From NCBI RefSeq assembly GCF_009914755.1, contig NC_060937.1: 64,000 nt of DNA. One strand, given 5' to 3'. The notes beneath the pieces were generated by a model. It was not told where the DNA came from. It did no database searches and worked only from the letters and a program-made list of their open reading frames with translations. Position 1 is the first letter of the stretch. Every line of letters begins with the position of its first letter. A program made the position numbers and the translations under genes. Shown piece by piece: positions 1 to 13,094 of this stretch. Source of the stretch: the human T2T-CHM13v2.0 reference genome, Homo sapiens.

Positions 1-3000
1 ACACACGCACAAGAAACCCACTCCCCTTTCCAGGCAAGGCCCGGGCCCCAGGCTGAACCTGCCCCTGCCGGAGCCCCTGCTGTTTCCCAGGTGCAGCCAG
101 GCCCTGCACCTTCGTCCTCAGGGGTTAAAAATAGCACAGGCAGCTTAGCTGAGCTCGGTTAATAAAATATCCAAGTTAATTTTAGCATTAGGGGAATCTA
201 GGATCTCTGATGCCAAGGCCCATGTGTGGCCACACAGCCCCTCCTTACACTGTCAGACAGACACAGGGAAAGCCACGGCGTGGCCAGTATCCCTCCCTCA
301 CATTCACAAAACACTTCTCTTACCTGAGTGAGCCCTAGCCCTCTGAAGACACTGTTGCTACTTTCTCTTATTAAACAGACCATCACCTAATTTGATGCCT
401 GTAACAGCCCTGTGACCAGCGGCCTCCACCTCCCGTGAGGGAGTCCATCAGGCTGAGAGTGTCAGCTGCCACTTCTAGCAGAGCTGGGCCCGGAGCCCTT
501 ACCTTCTAGCCCAGGAGCTGGGGCCAGGGAGGCACAGTCCAGGGGACCCTCCAGGCACCCCACTTGTCATTCTCCCTATTCTCACCCGGTGCCACCTCCT
601 CCTGCTTCAGGTGGGATTCTGTTTGTGATCAGGAGAGGGATAGCTGGGGCTGGAGGCCGGCAGCCCCTGGCCCTCACTGCCCCACAGGCCTGCAGGCACC
701 AGCGGTTCAATGTTGGGCCAGACCGGCCGTGGGTCTTCTTCACGGACAAGCTCCAGCCTCACAGGAAGGGAGCAAGAGCCCAGCGGAGCCACAGGCACTG
801 AGCCCAGAGGAGAAAGAAGGGAGCGACCAGAGAGCCACAGGAAGCCCCAGCGGGGAGCCCACGGCAGGCCCGGCCTCCCACGGACGGCATTCCCGGACGC
901 TGACCGCCTCCAGCTCGACGGCAGGGTCACCGCGGTGCGAGAGCCTTTCCCGCCCTGGACCGCGGGGCTGGCTTTTTTTTTTTCTGTAACAGATTGAGAG
1001 AAACACCTTGTGTGTTGCTCTTTATTGAACACATGTATCAAGATAAGGCGCCACATTTAAAAACAAGCAGTAAGTATTGTGGAAACGGAAGACATCACTG
1101 CGAGGGGAGGAGGCACTGCACGCCTTGGGGGCGGGGGCCCCAAAACAACGCCGTGGCCGTGGCGGAAGTGCCCTCCCTGTGGGTCCCTGACTCATGGAAA
1201 GTCCGAAGCACAGGCTTCCTCAAAGCAGCGATCGCATAGGAAGTGTGGCTCAGTCATGCATGATACACAGACTCTACTGTGAAAGGTTAATGACTGTTTC
1301 AAAAGACACAGTGTTTAAGATGTTTAAGTGCACAGAAGGACATATCCAAAATGATTCCACAAAACTGAAATGCAGAAAGCCAGATTCTTCAAGACAAAGA
1401 CTCCAAATTGTTACCACCAAAGCACCTCACTTCTACGTGGCGCTCTCCTCTTATTACCTCACCTGCAAGAGCTGGAAGGACAAAGAAAGAGGAAGGGGGA
1501 AAGGAGGAAGAGATTCTTTCCATTTTTCCCAATGTCAACGTCTGAATGAGGCCACACACCACCACACATTTCAAAGCTATTTAAGAATTTAAATGGCCAA
1601 TGCCCCTATACCTTAAAAAAAGCTCCCAATCCCCCCAGAAATGTGCTGGCTTTTTTTCTTAGTAAGAGTAGTAGCAGAATTGCTTATGGTATAACTTTAG
1701 GGACAATTCTTGTTCTGGGAGTGAGGGGGCAGGGTGTTAACTTAACCCTGAACAACACTGCCTTGTACGTTCCCACCGGATGTAGTAGACAATAATTGCC
1801 TGGCTTTTGCAAACGGAAAAATGAGGTTATGAAGGGGAAGACACGGGCCCTGGGTCATGCAGCAAGTCACTGGCAGACTCATGGGCAAATCCAGCGCTCC
1901 TGGAGACAAGGCTCAGAGGTGAATGACAGCGAGGGGCCCTCAAATCAACCACAGGGGCACCATCTTGTCTGAGCCTTCAAGACCAGGGACTCAGGCAGGG
2001 CAAGTCAGAGCCAAGGTTGGCCATGAATGTGGATTAAAGAAAGAGCCTGAGGGGCTCAGTGGCCCCCTGGCACCAGCGCCGCTCAGGGTCATCCTCCACT
2101 TCGCTTCTACAGATGGGCTTTCTGCTGGAGCCCCGGGGTATCAGGCCAGCAGCACAGTTACATGAGACTAACCCCAAACCAGCGCACCCACAGGTCACCC
2201 TCAGGGTCTCCAGCCCAGACTGCATCTCTGCTCAAATGCAGGAGGTGCCCTGTCTCCCCAGCTACTTGGGGCACAGATACCCCTCAGGCAGCCAGCCCTG
2301 CAGGTGACCTCTGGAGGGGAGAGGAAACGGGGACTTCTTGCTGGAGCCACATCCAGAGAGTCGGGCAGCTGGCATTTGGGCCTCTCTACCCGTCCTCACT
2401 GCTGCTGCCCCTGGGAGGGTCAAAGGTTCAGATGATATCCAGGCCCCACGTGGGATTAGCAGCCTAAGCCTCAGCTGAGCCAGGGTTTCACTGGCTTGTT
2501 TAAAGTGGAGCACAGAGCCTGACCAAGTTGTGGCATCTCCAAACCTCCTTCTCTCCGAGGGATCCTCCAGGGTGCCTGACCCCCACGCCTGTCGGAAGTG
2601 GGGCCGAGTGCCCGCAGGCCGGTGAAGCTGCCTTCTGGGAGACTCAGGGTCTGAGTATCTGGTCTGAGACTCTGGTCTTCCCTCGCCCTCCTGTTCTACT
2701 TCCCATGCCTTCTGTAAAGTCCTGCCGTGGCCTGAAGTGTAGCCCTTCCTGGAGTACACAGCGAGCATGCTGTGCCGGCTGTGGGCCCCCCACCCCCGAG
2801 CCGCAAAGCCCCAGGCCGCCTCTGCCTGCTGCCTGGAGACCTGGCACTGCCCCACAGGGGCACCCACCTCCAGCCCTCCTGCCCCCGTGACTGAGGAAGC
2901 CCAGTGCTTCTCACACTCCTCAGACTCGCTGGCTGAGCCAAGCAGCCTTGGCTGAAGGAAAGAGCAGCAAACTGACCCCCACGGGCCGCGACCTTTCCCC

Positions 3001-3749
3001 ACCCAGGCAAGGCGACCTCAGGCACTTCAGGGAGCGCCAGCTCTGGCTTTCTTGTATGAAAGTGACAGCGGATTTAAACCACATTAACAAAAGAAATCCC
3101 TCCTCTCTGGACTACTCAAAGCGGAAGTGCTGCCACATCCTAGCTGCAGCGCTTCTGGGCCAAATATCAAGACAGTGTCTCAGCGATGATCCGCAAACCA
3201 AAATAAAGCCGACAGGAAACAGCCCGCTGGTTTAGGGGAGCTGGAATGCCTCCGGCAGCATCAAATGTCATCAACAACTGACACTCAGCCCGTTCCCGGA
3301 GGCCTCTTCACACGGGAAGAGGCCGGCTGCGAAGTGCGGCTCAGTGGGGGAGAAGGACCGTGGGGACCGCGACACTGCAGGCCCTGGAAGCCTCTCCAGC
3401 CTGAACCGCGCTGTGGTCCAGCACACTCATGGCATGAATATGGAACAGTCACTCCAGGAAACGGTCTTGCTCTGGGGGAGGGGGAGGACTTCCACATCAC
3501 TCTCCCAAGATAAAACAACCAGGGAAAAGCAGATCCCTCCAGATAAACCAGAAGTCCAGACACAGCCTCCTCTCCGGAAACGCCTCCCGGAGCCCACTTC
3601 AGAAGCTGCTGAAGCCCAGAGAAAAACCGCAGCCTCGCAGGCCCTGGTCGCCACCAGCTCGCCCGCCACTTCTCAGTGGAAGGGGACGTGGTGCCGATGG
3701 GTCCGGGGTCTCCCCGCCCCGCGGGAGCCCTCAGCCAGAACGCCCCACC

Positions 3750-3958
3750 AGCACACACGCACACATGCACACACACAAACGCGCGCACACACACGCGCCC
3801 ACACACAAATACACACGCGCGCACACATGCATCCACACACAAATACGCACCCACACATGCACCCACAAACGCACGCGCACACACACCGCCCACACATGGA
3901 CACACAAACACAAGCACACACAAACACGCGCGCACGCAGGCACAGACGCGCGCGCACA
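3750..3958. repeat. Degenerate (CA)n/(CG)n alternating purine-pyrimidine tract
   Basis: Directly visible acacacgcgcgcacac runs. Confidence 0.85.
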
Positions 3959-4479
3959 GCAGCAGCAGCGCGCCGGGGCCTCAGGCCCCTGGGGAGAAGC
4001 GTGAAGGAGCCTCCACATTCCCCGGAAAGGAAGTTTCTGGGCGCAGCGGAGAAAGGGAGATGCCGAGACCCCGACGTCAGTGGATTTGACACCTGAAGTG
4101 CAGGCGCCCAGACAGCCTCAGGCGCGCGCACTCCTGCAAACACGCGGGGCACACGCTCGGGCGCACACGCGGACAGACGTCCCTCGGCGCAGGGACCCCA
4201 CCTCCTCCGCCGCTACCAGGGACCGGGGCCGCTCCGGGCGCAGAGGAGGCGCAGGGAGCCGCGTTACCCCGGAGCCGACTCGACCCAGCCCGAGGCCCGG
4301 GGAGGCGGGGAGGTGGGGAGGGGCCGCGGAGCCGGACCAGCCGTTCTCCGGGGAGCGCGCCGCGCCTGGAGGGCGTCTCCGCCGGGGTCCCCAGCAAGGA
4401 TCTGCGGAGGGGAGGCGGGCGCGGGAGAGGACAGGGTCGGGCCGGGGGGTCGGACGCGTGGCTGCCGGCGGACACTCAC

Positions 4480-4534
4480 CGATCTTGATCTTCACGCTCT
4501 GGAAGACCCGGAGCCCCTCGTCCTCCACCGCCAT
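4480..4534 (-). CDS. RASA3: RAS p21 protein activator 3 (GAP1-IP4BP), first coding exon (55 nt, phase 1)
   Basis: The minus strand reads ATG (cat at 4532-4534) then [18 protein letters not shown] plus one G, followed by a canonical GTGAGT donor (actcac at 4474-4479). This matches the RASA3 N-terminus as recalled ([23 protein letters not shown]...). The exon lies in a CpG island. Confidence 0.96.
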
Positions 4535-5094
4535 GCTGCGCGTCCGCGCCCGCCGAGCCTCGCCCCAAGCGCGCGCCGAGCCCGGGCAGCTCAGGCCGAG
4601 CAGGAGGAGCGGCGGCGCCGGAGCCCCGAGCGCGGCCGAGGGTCCGCCCGCCTGCAAGACCGCCAGTTGGCCGAGGGCGAGGGCGGGGACCGGGAGGCTC
4701 CGCCCGCGGCCCGGCCCCTGCTCCCAACTGGCCCGGGCCCTGCAGGGGCGGGGTTGGCAGGGACGGCGCTGGCGGGTGGCGGAGACCCGGGGGGCGCAGG
4801 GATCGGCTTCCCCCGAGGCCTCGGCCCCCGCCCCCGCCCCGCGGATTGGCCGCTGAGCGGAAGGGACCCCCGCGGGCTGCCTGGCGGAAGAGACGAAGGA
4901 AGGTCGCCGGCGCGGCCCGGGCCCGCTGAGCGAGGCTGAGCGATTGACTCGCGGACGAACTTTGCCAAGAGAAGTTCACGTACAACGATCTGGCAGGGGA
5001 GGAATCCCGCGCCCAGCCCCAGCTCCTGAGATGCGATCCGAAGGCACCTGCTGCAGACGCACGAGGGGGGCGGGGACACATACACGCACACACA

Positions 5095-6165
5095 GCCCCC
5101 CACCCCAGACCTCCGGCATGGGCAGGTCCCCCCCCCAAGTCCCCCTGCAGACCCCAGCATGGGCAGGTCTCCCCCCCCAGTCCCCCTGCAGACCCCGGCA
5201 TGGGCAGGTCTCCCCCCCCAGTCCCCCTGCAGACCCCGGCATGGGCAGGTCTCCCCCCCCAGTCCCCCTGCAGACCCCGGCATGGGCAGGTCCCCCCCAG
5301 TCCCCCTGCAGACCCCGGCATGGGCAGGTCCCCCCCCAGTCCCCCTGCAGACCCCGGCATGGGCAGGTCCCCCCCCAGTCCCCCTGCAGACCCCGGCACC
5401 GGCAGGTCTCCCCCACCCAGTCCCCCTGCAGACCCCAGCATGAGCAGGTCCCCCCCCAGTCCCCCTGCAGACCCCAGCATGAGCAGGTCCCCCCCCCAAG
5501 TCCCCCTGCAGACCCCAGCATGGGCAGGTCCCCCCCCAGTCCCCCTGCAGACCCCGGCATGGGCAGGTCCCCCCCAGTCCCCCTGCAGACCCCGGCATGG
5601 GCAGGTCCCCCCCCAGTCCCCCTGCAGACCCCGGCACCGGCAGGTCTCCCCCACCCAGTCCCCCTGCAGACCCCAGCATGAGCAGGTCCCCCCCCAGTCC
5701 CCCTGCAGACCCCAGCATGAGCAGGTCCCCCCCCCAAGTCCCCCTGCAGACCCCAGCATGGGCAGGTCCCCCCCCAGTCCCCCTGCAGACCCCGGCATGG
5801 GCAGGTCCCCCCCCAGTCCCCCTGCAGACCCCGGCATGGGCAGGTCCCCCCCCCAAGTCCCCCTGCAGACCCCGGCATGGGCAGGTCCCCCCCCAGTTCC
5901 CCTGCAGACCCCGGCATGGGCAGGTCCCCCCCCAGTCCCCCTGCAGACCCCGGCATGAGCAGGTCCCCCCCCAGTCCCCCTGCAGACCCCGGCATGAGCA
6001 GGTCCCCCCCCCAAGTCCCCTTGCAGACCCCGGCATGGGCAGGTCCCCCCCCAAGTCCCCTTGCAGACCCCAGCATGGGCAGGTCCCCCCCCAAGTCCCC
6101 CTGCAGACCCCGGCATGGGCAGGTCCCCCCCCAGTCCCCCTGCAGACCCCAGCATGGGCAGGTAC
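5095..6165. repeat. Minisatellite/VNTR, ~39-41 bp unit GACCCC(G/A)GCATGGGCAGGT(C)nAGTCCCCCTGCA, ~27 copies
   Basis: Tandem units are directly visible; length varies in the poly-C run. Confidence 0.95.
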
Positions 6166-6319
6166 CACCCTTACCTCCCTTTCTTCTGTCTCGAGGTCTC
6201 CTCCTCCCTGACCTCCTCTCTGAGGAGTATGTTTGTGTGTGTGTGTTCATGTAGGTGTGTGTATGAACTGAGACTCTACACTCCCTCCTCTATGTTGCAA
6301 AACTTCATTGCACCCAGTG

Positions 6320-6625
6320 CCACACACACACCCTACACATATATACACACATACATATACCACACATACACTACATATACATATACATACACATAGACAC
6401 CACACACAGACACCACACACATACTACACACGTGTACACACATACATATACACACATATACACACACCCTACATACACACACCACATATACACATGAACA
6501 CATATGTTCATATACACACAACACAGACAGCACACACATATACTACCCATACACATGCACAGACATACACACACACTAAACATACATACACACACCTACG
6601 TGAACATACACAAACACACACACAC
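6320..6625. repeat. CA/CATA-rich low-complexity simple repeat
   Basis: Direct inspection. Confidence 0.85.
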
Positions 6626-9392
6626 TGCATGGAGAGGAACAGGAGCTTCATGAAGATAGAGGCCTATTTTTTTCCACTGCTTACCTTCACTTCCTAAAAA
6701 GCAGTTCCATGCGTTGAAAGAATGAATGGCCTTTCTTCCCCTGACTGCTGGGAGCCTGCAGCCACAGGGGCCTCTCTCATCCTCAGCCCTTGCAAGCCTG
6801 GTGCTCACCGGGGCAGAACAGGAGGTTAAGGCGGCACCCCTGGTTCCAACCCAGAGCCTCTGCGTCTAGCGCTGGCCCTGGGTGGCGTCTGCAGTGGGTG
6901 CTGTGGACGCCATCCACACCCCTGCTTTACGACGGAGACTATGCTTCCGTTTGGAGCCACTGGAAGCAAGCCGGCTCCTGTGTTTCTCCGAGGACCAGTG
7001 GAGTCCTCTGTGGCAGCCCAGCCACAAAGCTGCTTCTCTGCCATCCCTCCACCCTCACAGGCCTGCTGATAAACTCAACGCGGATCTCGCTTTGGTGTTT
7101 GTTTCCAGGCGACAGCTGGGGTCAGGAGTGAATCTCCAGACTGCAGCAGTGGCAGCCAGGACGGGAGCCCCTTGGAAGGAAATGCACTGGCAGCGGCAGG
7201 ATCTCGGGTGCTGGAGAGTTCGGGAAAGTCACAGATACATGGACTATGGAATCAGGTGGCTCGTGTTGAGGGCAAGATAATGAAAAGATCACCACCTGAA
7301 ACAAAAGGGTGGCACGCTAACGGGCCTCCTCAGTGCCACATAAGACACTCATCTCCTGTGACCAGAGGAAAACCAAAACACTGGATCAGGGCCAGGACTT
7401 AACCGTGTAGAAGGCAGAGCTCCAGAGAAGGCCAGGTGCTTGGCCTCAGAAGGTGTTGTTCCAGGTTCGGGTGCTCGGCCTCGGAAGGTGCTGTTCCAAG
7501 CTCTGGACCCTGACTGGGAAGAAGAGAGGCCCTGACTGGGAAGAAGAGAGGCTTGCGATGGGGCCATCTGAATGAATGCACTCAAAAATCTTGAATCCCA
7601 GATTCCTCTAAATCTGCTGGGCCTGAAGAGGTGTCACATTTCTGTCTGTTAAGGACAAATGCTGTTTCTGTGCTTGAAGACACTGCAGAGACCTCTGCAA
7701 GGCGACACGCCTGCCACCCACCTCCAGCTCAGCTCCTCCAGGTCAGCATCATCAAGCTGGAGAAGTGCTGAGGCTAAAAACTGAGGAAGAGACAGTCGGC
7801 CAAGGAGCTTCAGGACCAAAATGCATGCACCAGCATGAGCCAGGGGTAAATGCAGAACTAGATCCAAAGAACGTTGGATTCAGGGGAGGCAGAATGTAGA
7901 GTTAGATGTTAGAATTCATTGACATGGGCGCATTCAGTCATGATACAGGGTTTAGCCCCTGGGAGGTGCTCCGTGCTGCTAGGGTGGCGTTTTCAACTCG
8001 TAAAGTAAAGCAATGTCCCACATTAAGCAGCTGTCTGTCAGGATTGGAAAAGGCACTCCTGGGGTCCAGGCTCACTGCACCGGCTGGTGGCCCAGGCCCA
8101 GACGTCAGCAGGGCTGGAGCAGGGCTTCTCTGGTGCTCCTGCTGGCGGCTGAGGTGCACAGTCACCCTCACCTCCCGGCAAATGAGCACTCCTCTCCCAG
8201 TCATGACGGAGAAAACACGCATCTCCCTGACTCACTCCTTAACCCAGCCGCAAACTTCACTGGGTTAGCCTCGGTCCATTTCACTCCTACATCTCGAAAC
8301 TGTGGTCGTCTTTACGATACCACAAGAACCTGGGGGGCGGACAGTCCCAGAGAAAAAGTTTGTGCTGCACAAATGGATGCTGGGCATGACCAGAGTGCCC
8401 CACAGACGGTCGACTCAGACCCCACGTGCATCTCTCCCCAGTCAGTCCCTAAAACCCACCCTCAGTGCTTATCCAGGCACATCGGAGCAAGGTATCTGTA
8501 TGTGGGGCCCCCAGCCCTCTGAGAGGCACAGGGGCTGAGCATACATCCAGGGCTCCCGCAACAAAACACAGCCCCGCAGAGCTGCCCAAGCACCGGCCTT
8601 CTCACATTTGTGTTCTAAATGAAGGATTTGGTCATTCGTTTTCTAAATTAGAAAGTTGTCTCTTAGAGCTGTGATAATATGAGCTGGGAAATAAAATACT
8701 GAGAGAAGAAAGGATCAGATGATGACCCAATAGAAAATCTCTATAATTTCTTCTTTCAATGACCTTGGTGTTACACTTTGCTCTCTTTGGATATACTCTT
8801 CTGTTCACATATCAACCCATTGACAAGTGGACATTCATTCATTTCCAAAACAGCATTATTAGATCATGTCTGAACAATCTACTTTCAAAGGATTTGAAGC
8901 CACATAAATGACCAGTACACAACGGAATAATTTTTGGAGGGTTCAAAGTAAGAACTGAAGGAAGAACGGTGGAATCAGGTATCTGAACCTGAAAGAGCCC
9001 ATCCTGCCAGGTGCATCCCAAGGGGCTCACTGGGCCTGAATTCAAAATGGAGGCACGCGAACTTTTGCTCACTAGAGGTCACACGCCAGCTCTGCGTTCC
9101 CGGAAGTGCTGGAACTTTCACAGCTGTCTGTTCATGCTGCTGGAATCAACCAAGGCCAGAAAATCCCAATTTGCCCTCTGGACCAAACCAATAGACTGCT
9201 ACCAGGCTCTACCAAACAGAATGAAGCAAGTCTGCCTCCCTTATCTGCATAAAGGCCAGAATGAGATCCTGGGCAGGAATTCCCTTGTGGAAGACAATCG
9301 CATGTTTCTTCTCTGGAATGCACCTTTGTTTTGTTCCAAAGGCAGCATCTCCCAGTTTGCAAACTGCTTGCTGGAATAATGTCTCTTTCCCC

Positions 9393-9690
9393 TTTTTTTT
9401 TTTTTTTTTGAGATGGAGTTTCGCTCTTGTTGCCCAGGCTGGAGTGCAATGGCGCAATCTCGGCGCTCACCACAACCTCCGCATCCCAGGTTCAAGCAAT
9501 TCTCCTGCCTCAGCCTCCCGAGTAGCTGGGATTACAGGCATGCACCACTATGCCTGGCTAATTTTGTATTTTTAGTAGAGACAGGGTTTCTCCATGTTGA
9601 GGATGGTCTCGAACTCCTGATTTCAGGTGATCCGCCCGCCTCAGCCTCCCAAAGTACTGGGGTTACAGGCGTGAGCCACCGCGCCCGGCC
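9393..9690 (-). mobile_element. Alu (AluS, Sp/Sq-like), full length
   Basis: Poly-T followed by gagatggagtttcgctcttgttgcccagg...cccggcc; TSD tgtctctttcc on both sides. Confidence 0.93.
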
Positions 9691-10440
9691 TGTCTCTTTC
9701 CTTTTAAAAGAAATTTTTTTAGTGGATTTGTTGACACATGTAAGGTGAGAACAGCTGAACGTAAAGCTACACACTGAGCTTCCGGATAGCCAAGGTGAAA
9801 AGGGAAATATGGAAATATGAATCTTACACAAGTCACATTATCTGATAAAAGGAAGCATGTCAGACTTTCAGGAAAGACAGTACTTTAGCCCACAAGGCAA
9901 TACAAGAAATTTTTTAGGGAATTCTTTTCAAAAGGAATATTGGACAAGTTAGGGGAGGATGTTTTTAATCTCAAATGACACTCACTACAGGGCCTAGAAC
10001 ATGGTAAATGCTCAATGAATGTTTGTTGAATGAATGTAGTAAAAATATAACATTAAATCATAATTCTCGCATAAAATTTATGTAGGCACTTAGAAGTCAA
10101 AGAAAGTAGCTTTCTAGTGACCTGATGAGCTGCGAAAGAACACATTTGGAGAATCTAGAGAGATGAATAAATAGCCACCGAAGAGTCTTTCTCAAACATT
10201 AGTTGAGCCACACAACTGAGAGAAGCAGACAGGTCCACTCCAAGATTCCTGTGGATGCCGAGGCCTGGTGGTCTGTGTTGTTGATGGACAGGAGACGCAA
10301 TGCTGTGCTGGGTTTATCAACTACAGTCGGAGGCTCAGGTGGGCCTTACCACGGAGCATCATGGTCTCGCTCTCATCTTCTTGAAATGCAGAGAGAGAGG
10401 AAAGAAGCAGCCTAGACCCCCGAGTCACGAAGCAGACAGC

Positions 10441-11972
10441 AGTGGGTGTAGACACGGTGGCGGTGGGTGTAGACACGGTGGAGGTGGGTGTAGACACGGT
10501 GGAAGTGGGTGTAGACACGGTGGTGGGTGTAGACATGGTGGAGGTGGGTGTAGACACGGTGGAGGTGGGTGTAGACACGGTGGTGGGTGTAGACACGGCG
10601 GTGGGTGTAGACACGGTGGAGGTGGGTGTAGACACGGTGGTGGGTGTAGACACGGTGGTGGTGGGTGTAGACACGGTGGAGGTGGGTTTAGACACGGTGG
10701 TGGGTGTAGACACGGTGGTGGGTGTAGACACGGTGGAGGTGGGTGTAGACACGGTGGTGGGTGTAGACACGGTGGCGGTGGGTGTAGACGCGGTGGAGGT
10801 GGGTGTAGACACGGTGGTGGGTTTAGACACGGTGGTGGGTGTAGACACGGTGGTGGTGGGTGTAGACACGGTGGAGGTGGGTGTAGACACGGCGGTGGGT
10901 GTAGACACGGTGGCGGTGGGTGTAGACGCGGTGGAGGTGGGTGTAGACACGGTGGTGGGTTTAGACACGGTGGTGGGTGTAGACACGGTGGTGGTGGGTG
11001 TAGACACGGCGGTGGTGGGTGTAGACACGGCGGAGGTGGGTTTAGACACGGCGGAGGTGGGTGTAGACACGGCGGAGGTGGGTGTAGACACGGTGGTGGG
11101 TGTAGACACAGCGGTGGTGGGTGTAGACACGGCGGAGGTGGGTGTAGACACGGCGGAGGTGGGTGTAGACACGGTGGTGGGTGTAAACACAGTGGTGGTG
11201 GGTGTAGACACGGTGGAGGTGGGTTTAGACAAGGCGGTGGGTGTAGACACGGTGGAGGTGGGTGTAGACACGGTGGAGGTGGGTGTAGACACGGTGGTGG
11301 GTGTAGACACGGTGGTGGTGGGTGTAGACACGGTGGTGGGTGTAGACACGGTGGTGGTGGGTGTAGACACGGTGGAGGTGGATGTAGACACGGTGGTGGT
11401 TGTAGACAAGGTGGAGTTGGGTGTAGACACGGTGGTGGTGGGTGTAGACATGGCGGAGGTGGGTGTAGACACGGTGGAGGTGGGTGTAGACACGGCGGTG
11501 GGTGTAGACACGGTGGAGGTGGGTGTAGACACGGTGGTGGGTGTAGACACGGTGGTGGTGGGTGTAGACACGGTGGAGGTGGGTGTAGACACAGTGGAGG
11601 TGGTTTTAGACATGGTGGTGGGTGTAGACATGGCGGAGGTGAGTGTAGACACGGCGGAGGTGGGTGTAGACACGGTGGTGGGTGTAGACACGATGGTGGG
11701 TGTAGACACGGTGGAGGTGGGTGTAGACACGGTGGTGGGTGTAGACACAGTGGCGGTGGGTGTAGACACGGCGGTGGGTGTAGACATGGTGGAGGTGGGT
11801 GTAGACAGGGTGGTGGGTGTAGACACGGTGGAGGTGGGTGTAGACACGGTGGAGGTGGGTGTAGACACGGTGGTGGGTGTAGACACGGTGGCGGTGGGTG
11901 TAGACACGGTGGCGGTGGGTGTAGACACGGTGGTGGGTGTAGACACGGTGGAGGTGGGTGTAGACACGGTGG
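10441..11972. repeat. Minisatellite/VNTR of interspersed 18- and 21-bp units GGTGGGTGTAGACACGGT(GGA/GGT/GGC), ~75-80 copies
   Basis: Directly visible; produces the artefactual GGGCRH, VGVDT and CLHPPP ORFs. Confidence 0.96.
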
Positions 11973-12769
11973 CAGCACCACACGGAACACTCAAAGCCCA
12001 CTTTCTGGCTGTGATGGCCGAGGAGAGCTGCCTCCCCTCCGAGTGGCCCATCCTAGGTACCCTTGAGCCTCACAAGCTCAGTTGCCAACCTCCCTGCTTC
12101 AGGGAGGGGTGGGGCAGCGGGTGGGACAGGAAATTCACCAGGTTGTGCAGGGCAGGGCAGGAGAGCAGAGGGAGACGCTCACGCCCCCGCCCCAGGCCCG
12201 CAGAAGCCGTGGGTGCTGATGAATGCCCCTCAGCCCACAAATCCCTGGCACCTTGACTGTGACAACGATCGCGGCTGCTTTCATTATACTTAGGAGTTGT
12301 GAACCACCGCGTCAATTACTTTTATTTCTTCAAATAGTTTCCTGTGAAGCTAACTCATCTCCCCAGATTGTCTCCCAATTTCTTCGTCTGTAAAATGGGG
12401 CTGGCAGCAGTGCCCGCCCGCAGGCCTGTGCCGGGACCAAGCTGCGTGTGCTGTGTGTCCTGTGTCTGGCAGATAAGAAACAGTCGGCTAGAGGTAGCTT
12501 TTCTCGTGGTTATTTTTCCCGAGAGCACTGGCAGGCATTTTTCCTCTCTGCCATCCTCCCAGCACTGCACACTGTGTCGGGCCCCTGGTGGATTTGCAGA
12601 TCTAACTCTTGTACGTACATAAACCACACCAGGACCACAGAAGAGAAGCCGAAGTGTGGGTGCTGTCCCCAGGGAGCCCCCGCAGTCTGCCCAGGCTCAG
12701 CCTCCTCCCACCCACAAGGAAGGCTGTGGATTAGGAGAGTGAGGAAAATGCCCTTCAAAATACATGATG

Positions 12770-13090
12770 CATAAAAAACACAAACGTTCACCGCAGATTT
12801 ATTTGTAATGGCAGAAAACTGGAGGCAACCTTCAAGCTGTCCTTCAGCAGGTAAAGAGTGAACTGCGTGAAAAGCAGCAAGCGAGCGGGTGCACAGTGTT
12901 GCAGGTGAGCCTCAGGGGAACTGGGCTGAGTGAAGGGAGACAGTCTCAAGCTGACAAAGTCACAGCAACGGAAAGCAGAGCAGCGGGTGTCAGCGGTCAG
13001 GGGTCAGGGAGGGGCAGGAGGTGGCTGTGGCTGGAAAAGGAGCAGGAGAGATGCTCGTGGGATGGAAATGTCCGGCATCTGCACAGAGAT
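12770..13090 (+). mobile_element. Old L1M 3' fragment (continues ~14380-14510 after the CA-rich tract)
   Basis: caaacgttcaccgcagatttatttgtaatggcagaaaactggaggcaacc and tgtgtgaatctgcaattatctcaaaa resemble L1MC/ME 3' ends. Confidence 0.5.
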
Positions 13091-13094
13091 CTGC

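Larger units (their letters stand above)
3700..5090 (-). promoter_or_regulatory. CpG island / promoter of RASA3
   Basis: Very high GC and CpG density. Tandem GC boxes (cccccgcccccgcccc, ~4825-4840) and a CCAAT box on the minus strand (attgg 4845-4849) lie upstream of the 5' UTR. Confidence 0.9.

Noticed and set aside
4476-6254. Long ORFs of 200-559 aa on both strands
   Set aside because: Translations of the 39-bp VNTR and the stop-poor CpG island. Only 4480-4534 is real coding sequence.
10300-12256. 588/604/576/521-aa repetitive ORFs resembling mucin or Gly-rich proteins
   Set aside because: Arise from the 18/21-bp minisatellite; open in several frames at once with no gene context.
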